In this document: positions 31,313 to 41,563 of the stretch, piece by piece | How positions within the stretch are numbered: the first letter of the stretch is position 1 | Layout of the letters: the number at the start of each line of letters is the position of its first letter | NCBI GenBank assembly: GCA_965240465.1 | Contig: OZ251219.1 | Span: 448,001-512,000 of the forward strand | Origin: a bacterium | GTDB taxonomy: Bacteria > SAR324 > JACQKK01 | Length of the DNA stretch: 64,000 nucleotides | Direction of reading: 5' to 3' | Notes under the pieces: model-generated | The model's database searches: none | The model's input: the letters and a program-made list of their open reading frames with translations, nothing else | What the model was told of the DNA's origin: nothing | Program-made: the position numbers and the translations under genes

Positions 31313-32188
31313 ATGCTAGAAGCAAAATTAAAAAGCACCGTACCAACCAGTTCTCCCTTTGGTAATTTGATAGCTGGATTAGCTGGTTCTAACCAAGGAA
31401 TATCTATACTAGATACGGCAAGGTTTCAGTATCAAAAATCACCTTTAAGATATCCTGGTGGTAAAAGTAGGGCTGTAAAGGGTATTCTGTCCGTTTTTCC
31501 TGAAAATATAGAAAGAATGTGTTCTCCCTTTTTAGGAGGCGGCTCAATAGAGCTAGCTTGTTCTTCTTTAGGTATAAAGGTTTATGGTTATGATATATTC
31601 TCGCCACTTATTGATTTTTGGCAGGAGGTACTAAGTAATCCCGAAGAAATAGCAGAAAGAGCTCGGGAGTACTTACCATTATCTAGGTCCGAGTTTTACA
31701 ATTTACAAAAAGCCTATACTAGTTTTAAGGATAAAAAAGAAAGAGCCACTGTATTTTTTGTATTAAATCGTAGCTCTTTTTCAGGCACTACTTTATCAGG
31801 AGGCATGTCTCCTGGTCATAAGAGGTTTAATAATTCTGCCATTGAAAGGCTAGAAAAATTTAGGGATGATAATCTTAATGTGAGCTGTGAATCTTTCCGA
31901 GAAAGCTTATCCAGGCATGAAAATGATTTTTTATATCTTGATCCTCCTTATGCAAATGGGCAAGCTATTTACGGCGATAGAGGGGATACACATAAAGACT
32001 TTGACCATAATGGACTTGCCAATATCTTAAACAAAAGAGACCGATGGATACTATCCTACAATGATTGTAGTACGATCAGGGATTTGTATAAAGATTTCAA
32101 ATTTATCCAATTAGATTGGACCTATGGAATGAATAATAGCAAAAAATCTAATGAGGTATTAATCCTCAGCAAGGACTTAGCTATATGA
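31313..32188 (+). CDS. Dam/D12-class amino-methyltransferase of a type II R-M system
   Basis: KSPLRYPGGKS, PFLGGGS, YLDPPY, LSYND; AT-rich; overlaps the REase start (ATGA). Confidence 0.92.
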   Translation: MLEAKLKSTVPTSSPFGNLIAGLAGSNQGISILDTARFQYQKSPLRYPGGKSRAVKGILSVFPENIERMCSPFLGGGSIELACSSLGIKVYGYDIFSPLIDFWQEVLSNPEEIAERAREYLPLSRSEFYNLQKAYTSFKDKKERATVFFVLNRSSFSGTTLSGGMSPGHKRFNNSAIERLEKFRDDNLNVSCESFRESLSRHENDFLYLDPPYANGQAIYGDRGDTHKDFDHNGLANILNKRDRWILSYNDCSTIRDLYKDFKFIQLDWTYGMNNSKKSNEVLILSKDLAI

Positions 32189-33090
32189 GTCAGGTAAAAT
32201 CAGGCAAGGCTTTTGAATATGGAATGATATGGCAACTGGAAAATATTATTAAATGTAACATAGAAGAAAATAAATCGTTAAATGTTGCCAGATCTTGTTA
32301 TTTAGATTGCACAGAAGAAGAACAAAATAATATACTAAAAGCCTCGGACGAAATTCTAATGTTTTTACTTGCACACGATAGTAGGCTAAGTGGTGGAAGA
32401 TATAAGGCTTTATTGCAATCTGATATGAAAGGTAAATATGGGGATGTTCGGGATGTCATAATATATGATACCCAGAGAGGACATGAAATAGGATTATCTT
32501 TGAAAAATAGGCATACAGCGGTGAAACACTCAAGGTTATCTGAAAATATAGACTTTGGTAAAAAATGGTTGAATATTCCAAATACACAGGAATATAAAAA
32601 TAAAATTTCTCCTATCTTTAGAGATCTAAGGATAAGAAAAGATAAAAAGGAATTCTGGAGAAATATAAACGACAAGGAAGAACTGTTTTATCTACCTATA
32701 CTTTATGAATTTGTGGATGAAGTAAAAAGGCTTTACCAAATAAATAATAAGGCGGTATCTGAGGATTTGTTGAGATACTTACTTGGAAAATATGATTTCT
32801 ACAAGATAGTAAAAGAAAATGGATGTGTGTCTATACAGTCATTTAGCATTTTTGGATCATTAAAATGGGGTAAGAAAATCCCCCTACCAGAAAAGATAAT
32901 AGAAATTGCCTTAAAGGAAAAATCTCGCACTACTGTTGTTATAGTATTTGACAAAGGTTGGCAAATATCTTTTAGAATACATAATGCAAAAAGTAGGGTA
33001 GAACCTTCATTAAAATTTGATATACAGATAGTAGGATCTCCTTCTATTTCCAGACATGAAATAGAATATAAAATGGCTAAAACCGTGTAA
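32185..33090 (+). CDS. HaeIII-family type II restriction endonuclease
   Basis: GKAFEY, LQSD..G..GDVRD, IGLSLKNRHTAVKHSRLS, FRIHNA..RVEPSLKFDIQ. Confidence 0.85.
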   Translation: MSQVKSGKAFEYGMIWQLENIIKCNIEENKSLNVARSCYLDCTEEEQNNILKASDEILMFLLAHDSRLSGGRYKALLQSDMKGKYGDVRDVIIYDTQRGHEIGLSLKNRHTAVKHSRLSENIDFGKKWLNIPNTQEYKNKISPIFRDLRIRKDKKEFWRNINDKEELFYLPILYEFVDEVKRLYQINNKAVSEDLLRYLLGKYDFYKIVKENGCVSIQSFSIFGSLKWGKKIPLPEKIIEIALKEKSRTTVVIVFDKGWQISFRIHNAKSRVEPSLKFDIQIVGSPSISRHEIEYKMAKTV

Positions 33091-33109
33091 TTCCCTATTC
33101 ATTGCCTAT

Positions 33110-34915
33110 TCATTGCCTTACAGAAGGAGGCGAAACTCCCAAAATAGGTAGAGATTCTATGGCAATACGTTGGAAGACGGGAGCGGCCACGGTACCGCCA
33201 TATCTGCCCTTTAGGGGTTGTTCAATAATAACCACGATGGTGAGTTGTGGCTGGTTAGCTGGTAGGAATCCTGCGAAGCTGGCGAGATGTAAGGTCTTGG
33301 AGTAGCCTTGGGCTTGGATGTCATAGATTTCGGTGGTTCCTGTTTTGCCTGCTACTCGGATATATGGTATCGCCGCCCGGTTGCCGGTGCCATTGGGTTC
33401 TGTTACTGCCTCCATCCAGCTGCGTACTTGGGAGGTAGTAGCTGGGGAGAACACTTGTCGGACATTTTGTGGTCGTGAGAGGTTGAGAGGTTTTCCTTTT
33501 GGATTGAGTAGGTCTTCTATGATGTAGGGTTGAATGTAGACTCCGTCATTGGCAAAGATATTGATGGCAGCTGCCAGTTGCAGTGGCGAGACCAGCAAGC
33601 CGTGTCCAAATGAGAGAGCGGCGTGATCAACGGCGGTCCATTGTTGATGATTAGGCAGACGTCCAGTAGCTTCGCTGGCTAGTCGTTTGCCATTGCGGTC
33701 GGTGAATATGCCGAGGTTGCTACCGAATCCCAAGCGTTTCATATAGCTGTGAAAAATTGCAGGCGAGATTCGTAGTCCGATTTTAGCAGCACAGATATTG
33801 GAAGAAAATTGAATTACTTGTCGTGGACTCAGATATTCATGGGGGCGAGAATCGTGGATAACACTGTCGTGATGTTGCCAGCTGCCTTGTTCGCAAAAAA
33901 TTTCTTCCCGAGGATTGAGCTGTTGTTCTTCCATAGCAGCCGCTACGGTGAAGGTTTTCATGATAGAACCGGGCTCATAACCACTGGTAATGGCATGATT
34001 GGTAAAGCGTTGACTAGAGTAGGTTTGATAGGCATTAGGATTAAATTGCGGATATTGAGCCAGAGCCATGATGGCTCCCGTAGGACTATGCAGGACTACC
34101 GCTATTCCCAGTTGAGCTTGGCTTTCAACGACCGCTTGGGCAAGAGCCCGTTCGGTAACAAATTGAATTGCCGAATCAAGGCTTAAACGCAGATTGCCTC
34201 CCGCTTGGGGAAAGGTAGAATTTTCATCGGACCGCTGACGTCCTAGGGCATCCAGCTTGAGCACCCGAAAATGTTCCTCCCCCCGCAGATGAGAATTATA
34301 AGCGTATTCTAATCCTGCTAGTCCTTGACTATCCACACCCGCAAAACCCAGCATGGTAGAGGCTAACTCCCGAGCAGGATAAACACGCTTGTACTCTGGC
34401 ACAAAACCCACTCCCTCAACCGATAACTGACGAACCTCGGCTGCCATTGTGGGACTAAGCTGCCGCATCAACCACACAAATGGAGCCGATGATTGCAATC
34501 TCTCCCGCAACAAAGGCAATGGCTGCTTGATGACCGAAGCTAGCTCGGGCAACAATGGCTCATCATTTTTCACTAAGCTAGGATGAGCATAAACTGACTC
34601 GGTCTTTAAAGAAAAAGCCAGCAGCTCCCCATGGCGATCTAAGATGCTCCCTCGCCGTCCCTGCACCTTAAGCACTCGTTCCCCTTGCCTGCGGGCTAAC
34701 CCAGAAAATCTTTCATGACGAACTACCTGCAACTGCCAAGCTCGCAGTGCTACCACCACTCCCCCCAATGCAAACAAAAACATCACCAACCGTACCCGAG
34801 CCTTAAACGCACGCATCGCTCTCTCCCCAGTACCCGAAAAACTACCTATCATGGAAATCCCCTGTCTTCTCCTTCTCAATCCTATCCTTCTCAATCTTGT
34901 CCCCAATAAATTCAT
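33110..34915 (-). CDS. ftsI: Peptidoglycan transpeptidase FtsI/PBP3 (start probably ATG at 34852)
   Basis: RRGSILDR, YEPGSIMK (SxxK), SSN, GKTGT; follows rsmH-ftsL. Confidence 0.93.
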   Translation of the reverse strand: MNLLGTRLRRIGLRRRRQGISMIGSFSGTGERAMRAFKARVRLVMFLFALGGVVVALRAWQLQVVRHERFSGLARRQGERVLKVQGRRGSILDRHGELLAFSLKTESVYAHPSLVKNDEPLLPELASVIKQPLPLLRERLQSSAPFVWLMRQLSPTMAAEVRQLSVEGVGFVPEYKRVYPARELASTMLGFAGVDSQGLAGLEYAYNSHLRGEEHFRVLKLDALGRQRSDENSTFPQAGGNLRLSLDSAIQFVTERALAQAVVESQAQLGIAVVLHSPTGAIMALAQYPQFNPNAYQTYSSQRFTNHAITSGYEPGSIMKTFTVAAAMEEQQLNPREEIFCEQGSWQHHDSVIHDSRPHEYLSPRQVIQFSSNICAAKIGLRISPAIFHSYMKRLGFGSNLGIFTDRNGKRLASEATGRLPNHQQWTAVDHAALSFGHGLLVSPLQLAAAINIFANDGVYIQPYIIEDLLNPKGKPLNLSRPQNVRQVFSPATTSQVRSWMEAVTEPNGTGNRAAIPYIRVAGKTGTTEIYDIQAQGYSKTLHLASFAGFLPANQPQLTIVVIIEQPLKGRYGGTVAAPVFQRIAIESLPILGVSPPSVRQ

Positions 34916-35210
34916 ATTGAGATACCAGCGGTAGTTTTAAGCCCATTTTCTTAGCCAGATCCGCTACTCGTTGTGGACGAGATAGATAACCAACTTCGGC
35001 ATCCAAGGGGTGTAATTCCTCCTCCAGCTGGGCTTGAATAGTTCTCAGCTGCTCCAGCCGAAAAGCCAATTGCGTCCACTGCTGACGCTGCCATAAATAC
35101 AACAAAGCTCCCGCCGTCAAGCAAAAGGCAAACAACAACAACACAAAGGCATATCCCAGCCAAGGTACCGAGCGATCTACAGAAATCCTTTTAGATCCAA
35201 ACACCGCCAT
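34842..35210 (-). CDS. ftsL: Cell division protein FtsL-like
   Basis: Single TM helix, coiled coil and LSRPQRV..LAKKMGL; lies between rsmH and ftsI. Confidence 0.75.
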   Translation of the reverse strand: MAVFGSKRISVDRSVPWLGYAFVLLLFAFCLTAGALLYLWQRQQWTQLAFRLEQLRTIQAQLEEELHPLDAEVGYLSRPQRVADLAKKMGLKLPLVSQYEFIGDKIEKDRIEKEKTGDFHDR

Positions 35211-35248
35211 CCTAGCTGAATAATTAACGACATTACTGATTAGCTAAC

Positions 35249-36235
35249 TTAGTCTACCTCAAAAACACGCAATCTTGCACTGCGAGAACGCGGATTTTTA
35301 CCGACCTCCTCAGTAGTAGCAAAAACAGCCCGCTTAGTCAGTATCTTACCCCGTGACTGCCGATCGCAAACGCAGACCGGCAAATAAGATGGGCAAGTAC
35401 AAGGATGTGCCCATTGCTGCATCGCCTGCTTTACCTGACGATCCTCCAGCGAATGAAAGGATATCACCGCCAACCGACCCCGAACCGCCAACAACCCTAG
35501 GGCTTGTTTTAGCAAGCATTTCAACTCATCCATTTCTTGGTTGACGTAAATCCTTAAAGCTTGAAATACCCGTGTCCCCACATGACGACTAGGATGATGA
35601 GTCCGTTTAGGAACAACTTGCTCTATCAAACGTACCAATTGCCCAGTAGTGAGCAGAGGAGATTTTTGTCGCTGTTGCCAGACGGCACTAGCTAAGCGTT
35701 TAGAAAATCGTTCTTCCCCAAATTCAGAAAATACCCGCCGCAATTCATTCTCAGACGCAGTAGCTAAAAAATCAGCCGCCCGCAGGCTCTGCTCTTGGTC
35801 CATACGCATATCCAAGGGACCCTCACGCTGAAAAGAAAATCCCCTCTCCCCAGCTGCCAACTGAGCCGAAGATACCCCTAAATCCGCCACTAAATAAGCT
35901 ACCGAACCAGCTACCAAATATCGGGACAACTTAGAAAATCGCAACTTTTTTAATTGAATTCGCTCCCTGAAATCACCCAAAACCTTTGCCGATGCCTCCA
36001 GAGCCTGAGCATCACAATCACAGCCCCATAATTTAGCGTGAGGGAATTTTTGTAGCAGTGCCTTAGCATGACCCCCTCCCCCCAAGGTGGCATCTACCAT
36101 AAATCTTGGGTTATCAGGGGCGTAGGCACAAACCTGCTCTAGCAATACTGGCTGATGCTGATAATCCCCACCATCCTTATAATCACTCTTGCTCTTCATA
36201 GCTGATATACACATGGTAAGAGAGTATTTTTCCAT
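35249..36235 (-). CDS. rsmH: 16S rRNA m4C1402 methyltransferase RsmH (MraW)
   Basis: HQPVLL, DATLGGGGH, DLGVSS, GPLDMRMD, FQALRIYVN, SFHSLEDR, NPRSRSARLR. Confidence 0.97.
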   Translation of the reverse strand: MEKYSLTMCISAMKSKSDYKDGGDYQHQPVLLEQVCAYAPDNPRFMVDATLGGGGHAKALLQKFPHAKLWGCDCDAQALEASAKVLGDFRERIQLKKLRFSKLSRYLVAGSVAYLVADLGVSSAQLAAGERGFSFQREGPLDMRMDQEQSLRAADFLATASENELRRVFSEFGEERFSKRLASAVWQQRQKSPLLTTGQLVRLIEQVVPKRTHHPSRHVGTRVFQALRIYVNQEMDELKCLLKQALGLLAVRGRLAVISFHSLEDRQVKQAMQQWAHPCTCPSYLPVCVCDRQSRGKILTKRAVFATTEEVGKNPRSRSARLRVFEVD

Positions 36236-36287
36236 TGTTTTTTTGTGAACTAAACAATTTTTTTATTCTGCTAATTATAAGCATGCC

Positions 36288-37811
36288 ATGTCTTCTGCCA
36301 GAGTAACACCTAGGGTAGCAGTAGCATCCTTAGGATGCCGTTTGAATCATGCCGAAGCTGATCTAATGCGTCAGCAGTTACATCAGGCTGGCTTAAAAGT
36401 GGTTGATTGGGACACCAAAGCTGATATCAGAGTACTGAATTCGTGCTGTATTACGGCTCAGGCAGAGGCTAAAACTCGTAAAAAGCTACGCCAAGCTCGT
36501 CATCAGCCAGCTGGGGGGGCCTCGCAGACCCAGCCAGACAAAAGGGCTATGGTGGTGGTCACTGGTTGTCATGCTCAGCTTAAGGGGGTTTCTTTGTGGC
36601 AGGATGGTTTGGCAGATTTAGTGGTAGGGAATGGGGATAAATCTCTCTTAGCCCAAAAATTAACCGAGTGGCTGGCAGCTGGAAAACCAAATTCTCAGCC
36701 CCAAAAAGCACCACCCATCAAGAGGCAGGCTTTCTCGGTGGGAGGTTTTGATCCCAGTACCCTTAATATCAGCGATGAACTCACTCGGGCACATCTTAAG
36801 ATTCAGGATGGTTGCCATTTTGGTTGTTCTTTCTGCATTATCCCCCAAACCCGCGGCGGAGGCAGACCACGCCAATGGCCCGACATCCTCCAAGAAGCCG
36901 AGTTAAGAGCTACTAGCGGTACTCAAGAATTGGTGCTGAGTGGGGTTAATTTGGGTTCTTATCAGTGCGGCCCCAAGGGCTTGGTACAGCTGGTAGATGC
37001 CCTAGATAAATTGTCTGGCATTACGCGAATCCGTATCAGCTCCATTGAGCCGACTACCGTTAACTGGGGCTTGCTGGAACGCATGGCTGACCCTCAGCAT
37101 AAACTAACTCCCTTTTTGCACTTGCCCTTGCAATCGGGCAGTGGACGTATTCTAAAGCTAATGCGTAGACGCTACACTCCCCTAGCTTATTATCGTTTTG
37201 CCGACCGAGCTTGCCAATATGTTCCCGACTTGTGCTTAGGCACCGATGTGATGGTCGGCTTTCCCTCTGAAAGCTCCTTAGACTTTCAAGAGACGATTTC
37301 CTTTATACATTCCCTGCCCTTTGCCTATTTGCATATTTTCCCATTTTCGCCTCGTCCTCGCACCTTAGCAGCTCGTATGTCGCCAGTACCAGCTGCTGAA
37401 AAGCGTCATCGGGTTTCCCTGATGCATCAGCTAGGACTAGCCTGTCAGCAGAAATTTTTGCAGCAACACCAAGGACGAACCATGAAAGTACTCTTTGAAC
37501 GCCCCTCCAAACCACAACAAATCCAAGGCTATACTGCCAATTATGTACGAGTAGCTATCTCGCACCCAGAACCTCAGCAACTGCATAACTGCACCAGACC
37601 AGTTAAGCTACTTACTCTCACCCGACATCACCTCATCGGACAACTCATAAAACAGCAAAATTCAACGGAGGGCTCCCCCTCCCTCCCGCCAGCACATTCC
37701 GAACTTATCCACCCCCACCCTTTAAGACCAACCCCGCCCTTTAAGGTACCCACCCCTCGCCTAAGGTACAAGGCACTAAAAAACCCTGCCCTTCATCCTA
37801 CCGTCCCCTAG
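36288..37811 (+). CDS. mtaB: tRNA t6A37 methylthiotransferase (radical SAM)
   Basis: LGCRLNHAE, KIQDGCHFGCSFCIIP, RISSIEP, HLPLQSGS, HIFPFSPR. Confidence 0.9.
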   Translation: MSSARVTPRVAVASLGCRLNHAEADLMRQQLHQAGLKVVDWDTKADIRVLNSCCITAQAEAKTRKKLRQARHQPAGGASQTQPDKRAMVVVTGCHAQLKGVSLWQDGLADLVVGNGDKSLLAQKLTEWLAAGKPNSQPQKAPPIKRQAFSVGGFDPSTLNISDELTRAHLKIQDGCHFGCSFCIIPQTRGGGRPRQWPDILQEAELRATSGTQELVLSGVNLGSYQCGPKGLVQLVDALDKLSGITRIRISSIEPTTVNWGLLERMADPQHKLTPFLHLPLQSGSGRILKLMRRRYTPLAYYRFADRACQYVPDLCLGTDVMVGFPSESSLDFQETISFIHSLPFAYLHIFPFSPRPRTLAARMSPVPAAEKRHRVSLMHQLGLACQQKFLQQHQGRTMKVLFERPSKPQQIQGYTANYVRVAISHPEPQQLHNCTRPVKLLTLTRHHLIGQLIKQQNSTEGSPSLPPAHSELIHPHPLRPTPPFKVPTPRLRYKALKNPALHPTVP

Positions 37812-39013
37812 CTAGCTTTCAGGGTTGCCTTCTTAAGTTGAGCAAATCCTTTTTCCAGATCGGCAATTAAATCATCTGGATCTTCCAGACCTACATGATA
37901 GCGTACCAGTAGAGAGCCTTTTTTGCTTTTGACAGCTACGTAATCTTCTCGACAGTAGGCAGGATAAGACAAGCTTTCAAAGCCTCCCCAGCTCATTCCA
38001 ATCTTAAATAGTTCATAGCCTTGCAGCATTTTGTCCACTGCCTTGGAGTCCTCGGTATCCAGCCAGACCCCAAACAAGCTACTTGCTCCCAGAAAATCAC
38101 GTTTCCAAATCTCATATCCTGGATCATCTGGCAGGGCAGGATAAAGCACTTGTTGAACTTCTGAACGCTGTTGCATCCATTTGGCTACCTTCAGGGCAGA
38201 TTTTTCTTGATGACGCAAACGTAATTCCAGGGTACGAATTCCTCGCAGGGTTAAGTAGCAGTCATCGGCTCCAGGGACATCGCCAAACTCCGTGGTACAT
38301 TTTTTCAGCTGACGAAACAGCTCGGCTGAATTCACTGTCACGCTTCCCATGACCAAATCTGAATGCCCAGCTATATATTTCGTCAATGCCATAATGGAAA
38401 CATCTACTCCATGCTCAAAGGGCGGAAAAAACAAGGGCGTAGCCCAGGTGTTGTCCAACATGGCTATGGCTCCATGTTCATGAGCTACTTTGGAAATCGC
38501 TGGTACGTCTTGAATCTCAAAGGTCAGTGAAGAAGGCGACTCCATGAACACAATCCGCGTATTAGGACGCATAAATTTGGCAATCCCGCTCCCAATCAAG
38601 GGGTCATAAGTACTCACCTCCACTCCAAATCGCTTCAAGACCGAAAAGCAAAAATTATGACTAGGACCATATATCCCCTCAGTCAGTAGCACATGATCAC
38701 CTGCTTTTAACCAGGTCATTAGTGCCAAGGTAACCGCTGCCAAACCAGTAGAAAAAAGCACCGTCCCATAGCCACCCTCTAAGGCTGCAATAGCATCACT
38801 AAGAGGCACCGTGGAGCCACCTCCATAAGCACCATAATAAATCTGATTCTGCTCATATTGAAGCTCCTGCATGCGTAAAAGCGTCGGTACATCAGGCACG
38901 ATAATGGTGGAAGCCCTATATACCGGGGCATTAACCGCCCCCAGCTGCTTCTCAGGATGACTACCTAGGTGACACAATAATGTTGAAAGATTACGCCCCT
39001 GTTTCTTAGACAT
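37808..39013 (-). CDS. metC: Cystathionine beta-lyase
   Basis: VNAPVYRAST, ESPSSLTFE, DNTWATP, TKYIAGHSD (PLP Lys), SWGGFES, GLEDPDDLIADL. Confidence 0.92.
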   Translation of the reverse strand: MSKKQGRNLSTLLCHLGSHPEKQLGAVNAPVYRASTIIVPDVPTLLRMQELQYEQNQIYYGAYGGGSTVPLSDAIAALEGGYGTVLFSTGLAAVTLALMTWLKAGDHVLLTEGIYGPSHNFCFSVLKRFGVEVSTYDPLIGSGIAKFMRPNTRIVFMESPSSLTFEIQDVPAISKVAHEHGAIAMLDNTWATPLFFPPFEHGVDVSIMALTKYIAGHSDLVMGSVTVNSAELFRQLKKCTTEFGDVPGADDCYLTLRGIRTLELRLRHQEKSALKVAKWMQQRSEVQQVLYPALPDDPGYEIWKRDFLGASSLFGVWLDTEDSKAVDKMLQGYELFKIGMSWGGFESLSYPAYCREDYVAVKSKKGSLLVRYHVGLEDPDDLIADLEKGFAQLKKATLKAS

Positions 39014-39236
39014 CTATACTACTCCTTTATTGACAATAACGTTAATCACTAACTCTTCACCGATAATGCACCCCCTCCCACCTACCACGCCCTTCCCCCC
39101 TTATTAAACTCCGTCTCCCTCAGCCCTAACACCCCTTAGCCCCAACACCCCCTAGATCTCTTAGCATCCTTTTAGACTCCGTTTTTAGTCTAATGTTGTT
39201 TATATCACATCCACTGAGAATATGTAATAGCTATCC

Positions 39237-39287
39237 ATGTTAATCCTGCAATGTTAATCCTGCAATGTTAACCCGCAATGCTGATCG
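39237..39287. repeat. 14-bp tandem repeat (atgttaatcctgca, about 3.5 copies)
   Basis: Direct reading. Confidence 0.8.
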
Positions 39288-39398
39288 TGGATGCTAATAC
39301 ATACCAAAAACTAGTTGGCTAGATAAAATCATTGCTGAGTTGATTATTTCGGGTTTTCAGAGTATCTGAGTACCTAGGCCTTTTTTCCTTCAATTCCC

Positions 39399-40073
39399 TT
39401 GCCCCTTAGCCCCTCAGCCCTTCAACCACGACATCATATGAGCATCCAAATAGGAGATATTGCCCCAAATTTTACTCAAGCTTCCAATCAGGGATCCCTC
39501 AATTTTCATCAAGCAATTGAGGGTCAGTGGGCGATTTTATTATCTCACCCCAGGGCTTTTACGCCCGTTTGCACCACCGAATTAGGTAGGCTCGCCCAGC
39601 TAAAGCCCGAATTTGACCGCCGCGGCGTCAAGATTTTTGCCCTCAGCACCGATACCGTCGCGGATCATAAAAAATGGGAGCTGGACATCCTAGAAACCCA
39701 AGGTACCGAACCCAATTATCCCTTCATTGCCGATACAGACCGAAAAGTCTCCCTTCTTTACGGCATGATACACCCCAACGCCAGCGACACCTACACGGTG
39801 CGTTCAGTGTATATCATTGACGAACAGAAAAAAGTGCGTCTCATCCTGACTTATCCTGCCAGCACTGGGCGTAATTTTGACGAAATCCTGCGGGTAATTG
39901 ATTCCATACAGCTATCCGATAATCACCAAGTGTCCACTCCCGTAGATTGGAAAGACGGCGAGGATGTCATCATAGCACCTAGCCTACAGGATAGACGTAT
40001 TATGAAAAAACTATTTCCCAAGGGTTGGTCTACCCAAAAACCCTATCTAAGAACGACCCCATCACCCAAGTAG
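39399..40073 (+). CDS. 1-Cys peroxiredoxin (Prx6 type); start probably ATG at 39438
   Basis: FTPVCTTELG, YPASTGRNFDEILR. Confidence 0.95.
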   Translation: MPLSPSALQPRHHMSIQIGDIAPNFTQASNQGSLNFHQAIEGQWAILLSHPRAFTPVCTTELGRLAQLKPEFDRRGVKIFALSTDTVADHKKWELDILETQGTEPNYPFIADTDRKVSLLYGMIHPNASDTYTVRSVYIIDEQKKVRLILTYPASTGRNFDEILRVIDSIQLSDNHQVSTPVDWKDGEDVIIAPSLQDRRIMKKLFPKGWSTQKPYLRTTPSPK

Positions 40074-40080
40074 TGTTGGA

Positions 40081-40638
40081 GTGAAAAATCTTGGAACACT
40101 AAGAACAGCTAAAGACATCAACCCCATGGATTGGTCTTACCAAGAACACCGCCAAGCAGCCCCCCAGAGCATCTGTTGTGCTGTGTTGACCATCAGCGAT
40201 ACTCGTCGCAAACCCGCCGATGACCAAAGTGGTCAATTGCTAAAAACCCTGCTAAAACAGAACGCTCATCACACCCAAAGCTACGCCATTGTAGCCGATG
40301 ATGCCCAAGACATCCGCCACCAGCTGAAAGACATGCTCAGAGAACCCAAGGTACAAGCAGTGCTTATCAATGGTGGTACTGGAATTGCCGAACGTGATGT
40401 TACCATTCAAGTTGTTTCCAGTCTGATCACCAAATCGTTGCCTGGCTTTGGTGAAATTTTTCGTATGCTGAGCTATCAACAAGTGGGAGCAGCTGCCATG
40501 CTAAGCCGAGCCATAGCAGGAGCAGTTGATGAGAAACTGCTTTTTGCCCTGCCCGGCTCATCAGCCGCGGTGCGTCTGGCTATGGAAAAACTAATCCTAC
40601 CCGAACTCGCTCACGCAGTGTACGAACTAGGCAAATAA
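40081..40638 (+). CDS. moaB: Molybdenum cofactor biosynthesis protein MoaB/MogA family
   Basis: VLTISDTR, DQSG, GGTGIAERDVT, PGFGEIFR, LSRA, LPGS. Confidence 0.9.
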   Translation: MKNLGTLRTAKDINPMDWSYQEHRQAAPQSICCAVLTISDTRRKPADDQSGQLLKTLLKQNAHHTQSYAIVADDAQDIRHQLKDMLREPKVQAVLINGGTGIAERDVTIQVVSSLITKSLPGFGEIFRMLSYQQVGAAAMLSRAIAGAVDEKLLFALPGSSAAVRLAMEKLILPELAHAVYELGK

Positions 40639-40661
40639 TCCCCCCCAACCCTGATAAATCC

Positions 40662-41543
40662 ATGAGCACCAAAACCCCCTCCCGCTCCCGAATAAACACC
40701 TCTCGGGAAACTCAGACAACTCGGACAACTCCGCCTACTCCGCCTATAAAAAATCCTTCCAAAAAAAGCGGGGAAGGATTGATGCTAAAAGACGAAGCCG
40801 ATACCATAATTGACAACCTCAAACGCCAGCTGGACGCCCTACAGCATCAGCTAACCACCCGATCACAAACAGACAGCACGACTACCAGCACTCAACAACA
40901 ACAATGGCGTCAGGAATTAACCCCTCAGGTAGCTGGCAGACTAGGTGAAAATGCTGCCGTTTTGGCTTCCCGACTAGCTTCAGTCGCTAAAAATCTGAAC
41001 CCCGCCCTCCGTGAAGAAATAGTCAGCTGCCAAACTCAAGCCGTCCAATTGCAGCAATCCCTCAGTGGTATAGCCTCCCGACACCAAGTACTCACTGATA
41101 ACCTCAGCAGCAAAGAAAGCCTAGTTTCCGTCTCTGCCATCACCGAAAAATTGTCCGTAGTCGTTAAAGCTAGTTGTTCTCGTAGCATCCCCGTGCGTAC
41201 CGCTAATCTCCCCGATGTCCTCCGCATTTCACCCGCCTGCCTGCTTACCATCACCTCAGCCCTGTCCGTCTTTGCATCCCAAATCTTTACCGAACTCACT
41301 GAAATCCTCCTTCAACCAGCCGCCTCCAATAAACCACCCGCCCTGGAAATTATCCTCCAAGGACTAAAAACTACCCCCCAAAAAAATACCTCCGATGTCG
41401 TCTCTGCTGCCCTTGACCAATCACCACCATCCACCAACCTGCTGGATATACTCTATGTGGACAAAATCCTCGCCATGCGCGGCGGTAGCATGGGCTTTGC
41501 TTCCCCTGCCAATAAAATCTGGGCGAAATTGCCGCTGGCTTAA
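40662..41543 (+). CDS. Hypothetical protein: coiled coil plus possible degenerate HATPase-like C-terminus
   Basis: 293-aa ORF directly after moaB; C-terminal LDILYVDKILAMRGGSMGF weakly resembles the histidine-kinase segment after the G2 box. Confidence 0.55.
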   Translation: MSTKTPSRSRINTSRETQTTRTTPPTPPIKNPSKKSGEGLMLKDEADTIIDNLKRQLDALQHQLTTRSQTDSTTTSTQQQQWRQELTPQVAGRLGENAAVLASRLASVAKNLNPALREEIVSCQTQAVQLQQSLSGIASRHQVLTDNLSSKESLVSVSAITEKLSVVVKASCSRSIPVRTANLPDVLRISPACLLTITSALSVFASQIFTELTEILLQPAASNKPPALEIILQGLKTTPQKNTSDVVSAALDQSPPSTNLLDILYVDKILAMRGGSMGFASPANKIWAKLPLA

Positions 41544-41563
41544 TATAGGCATCATACACCCTG

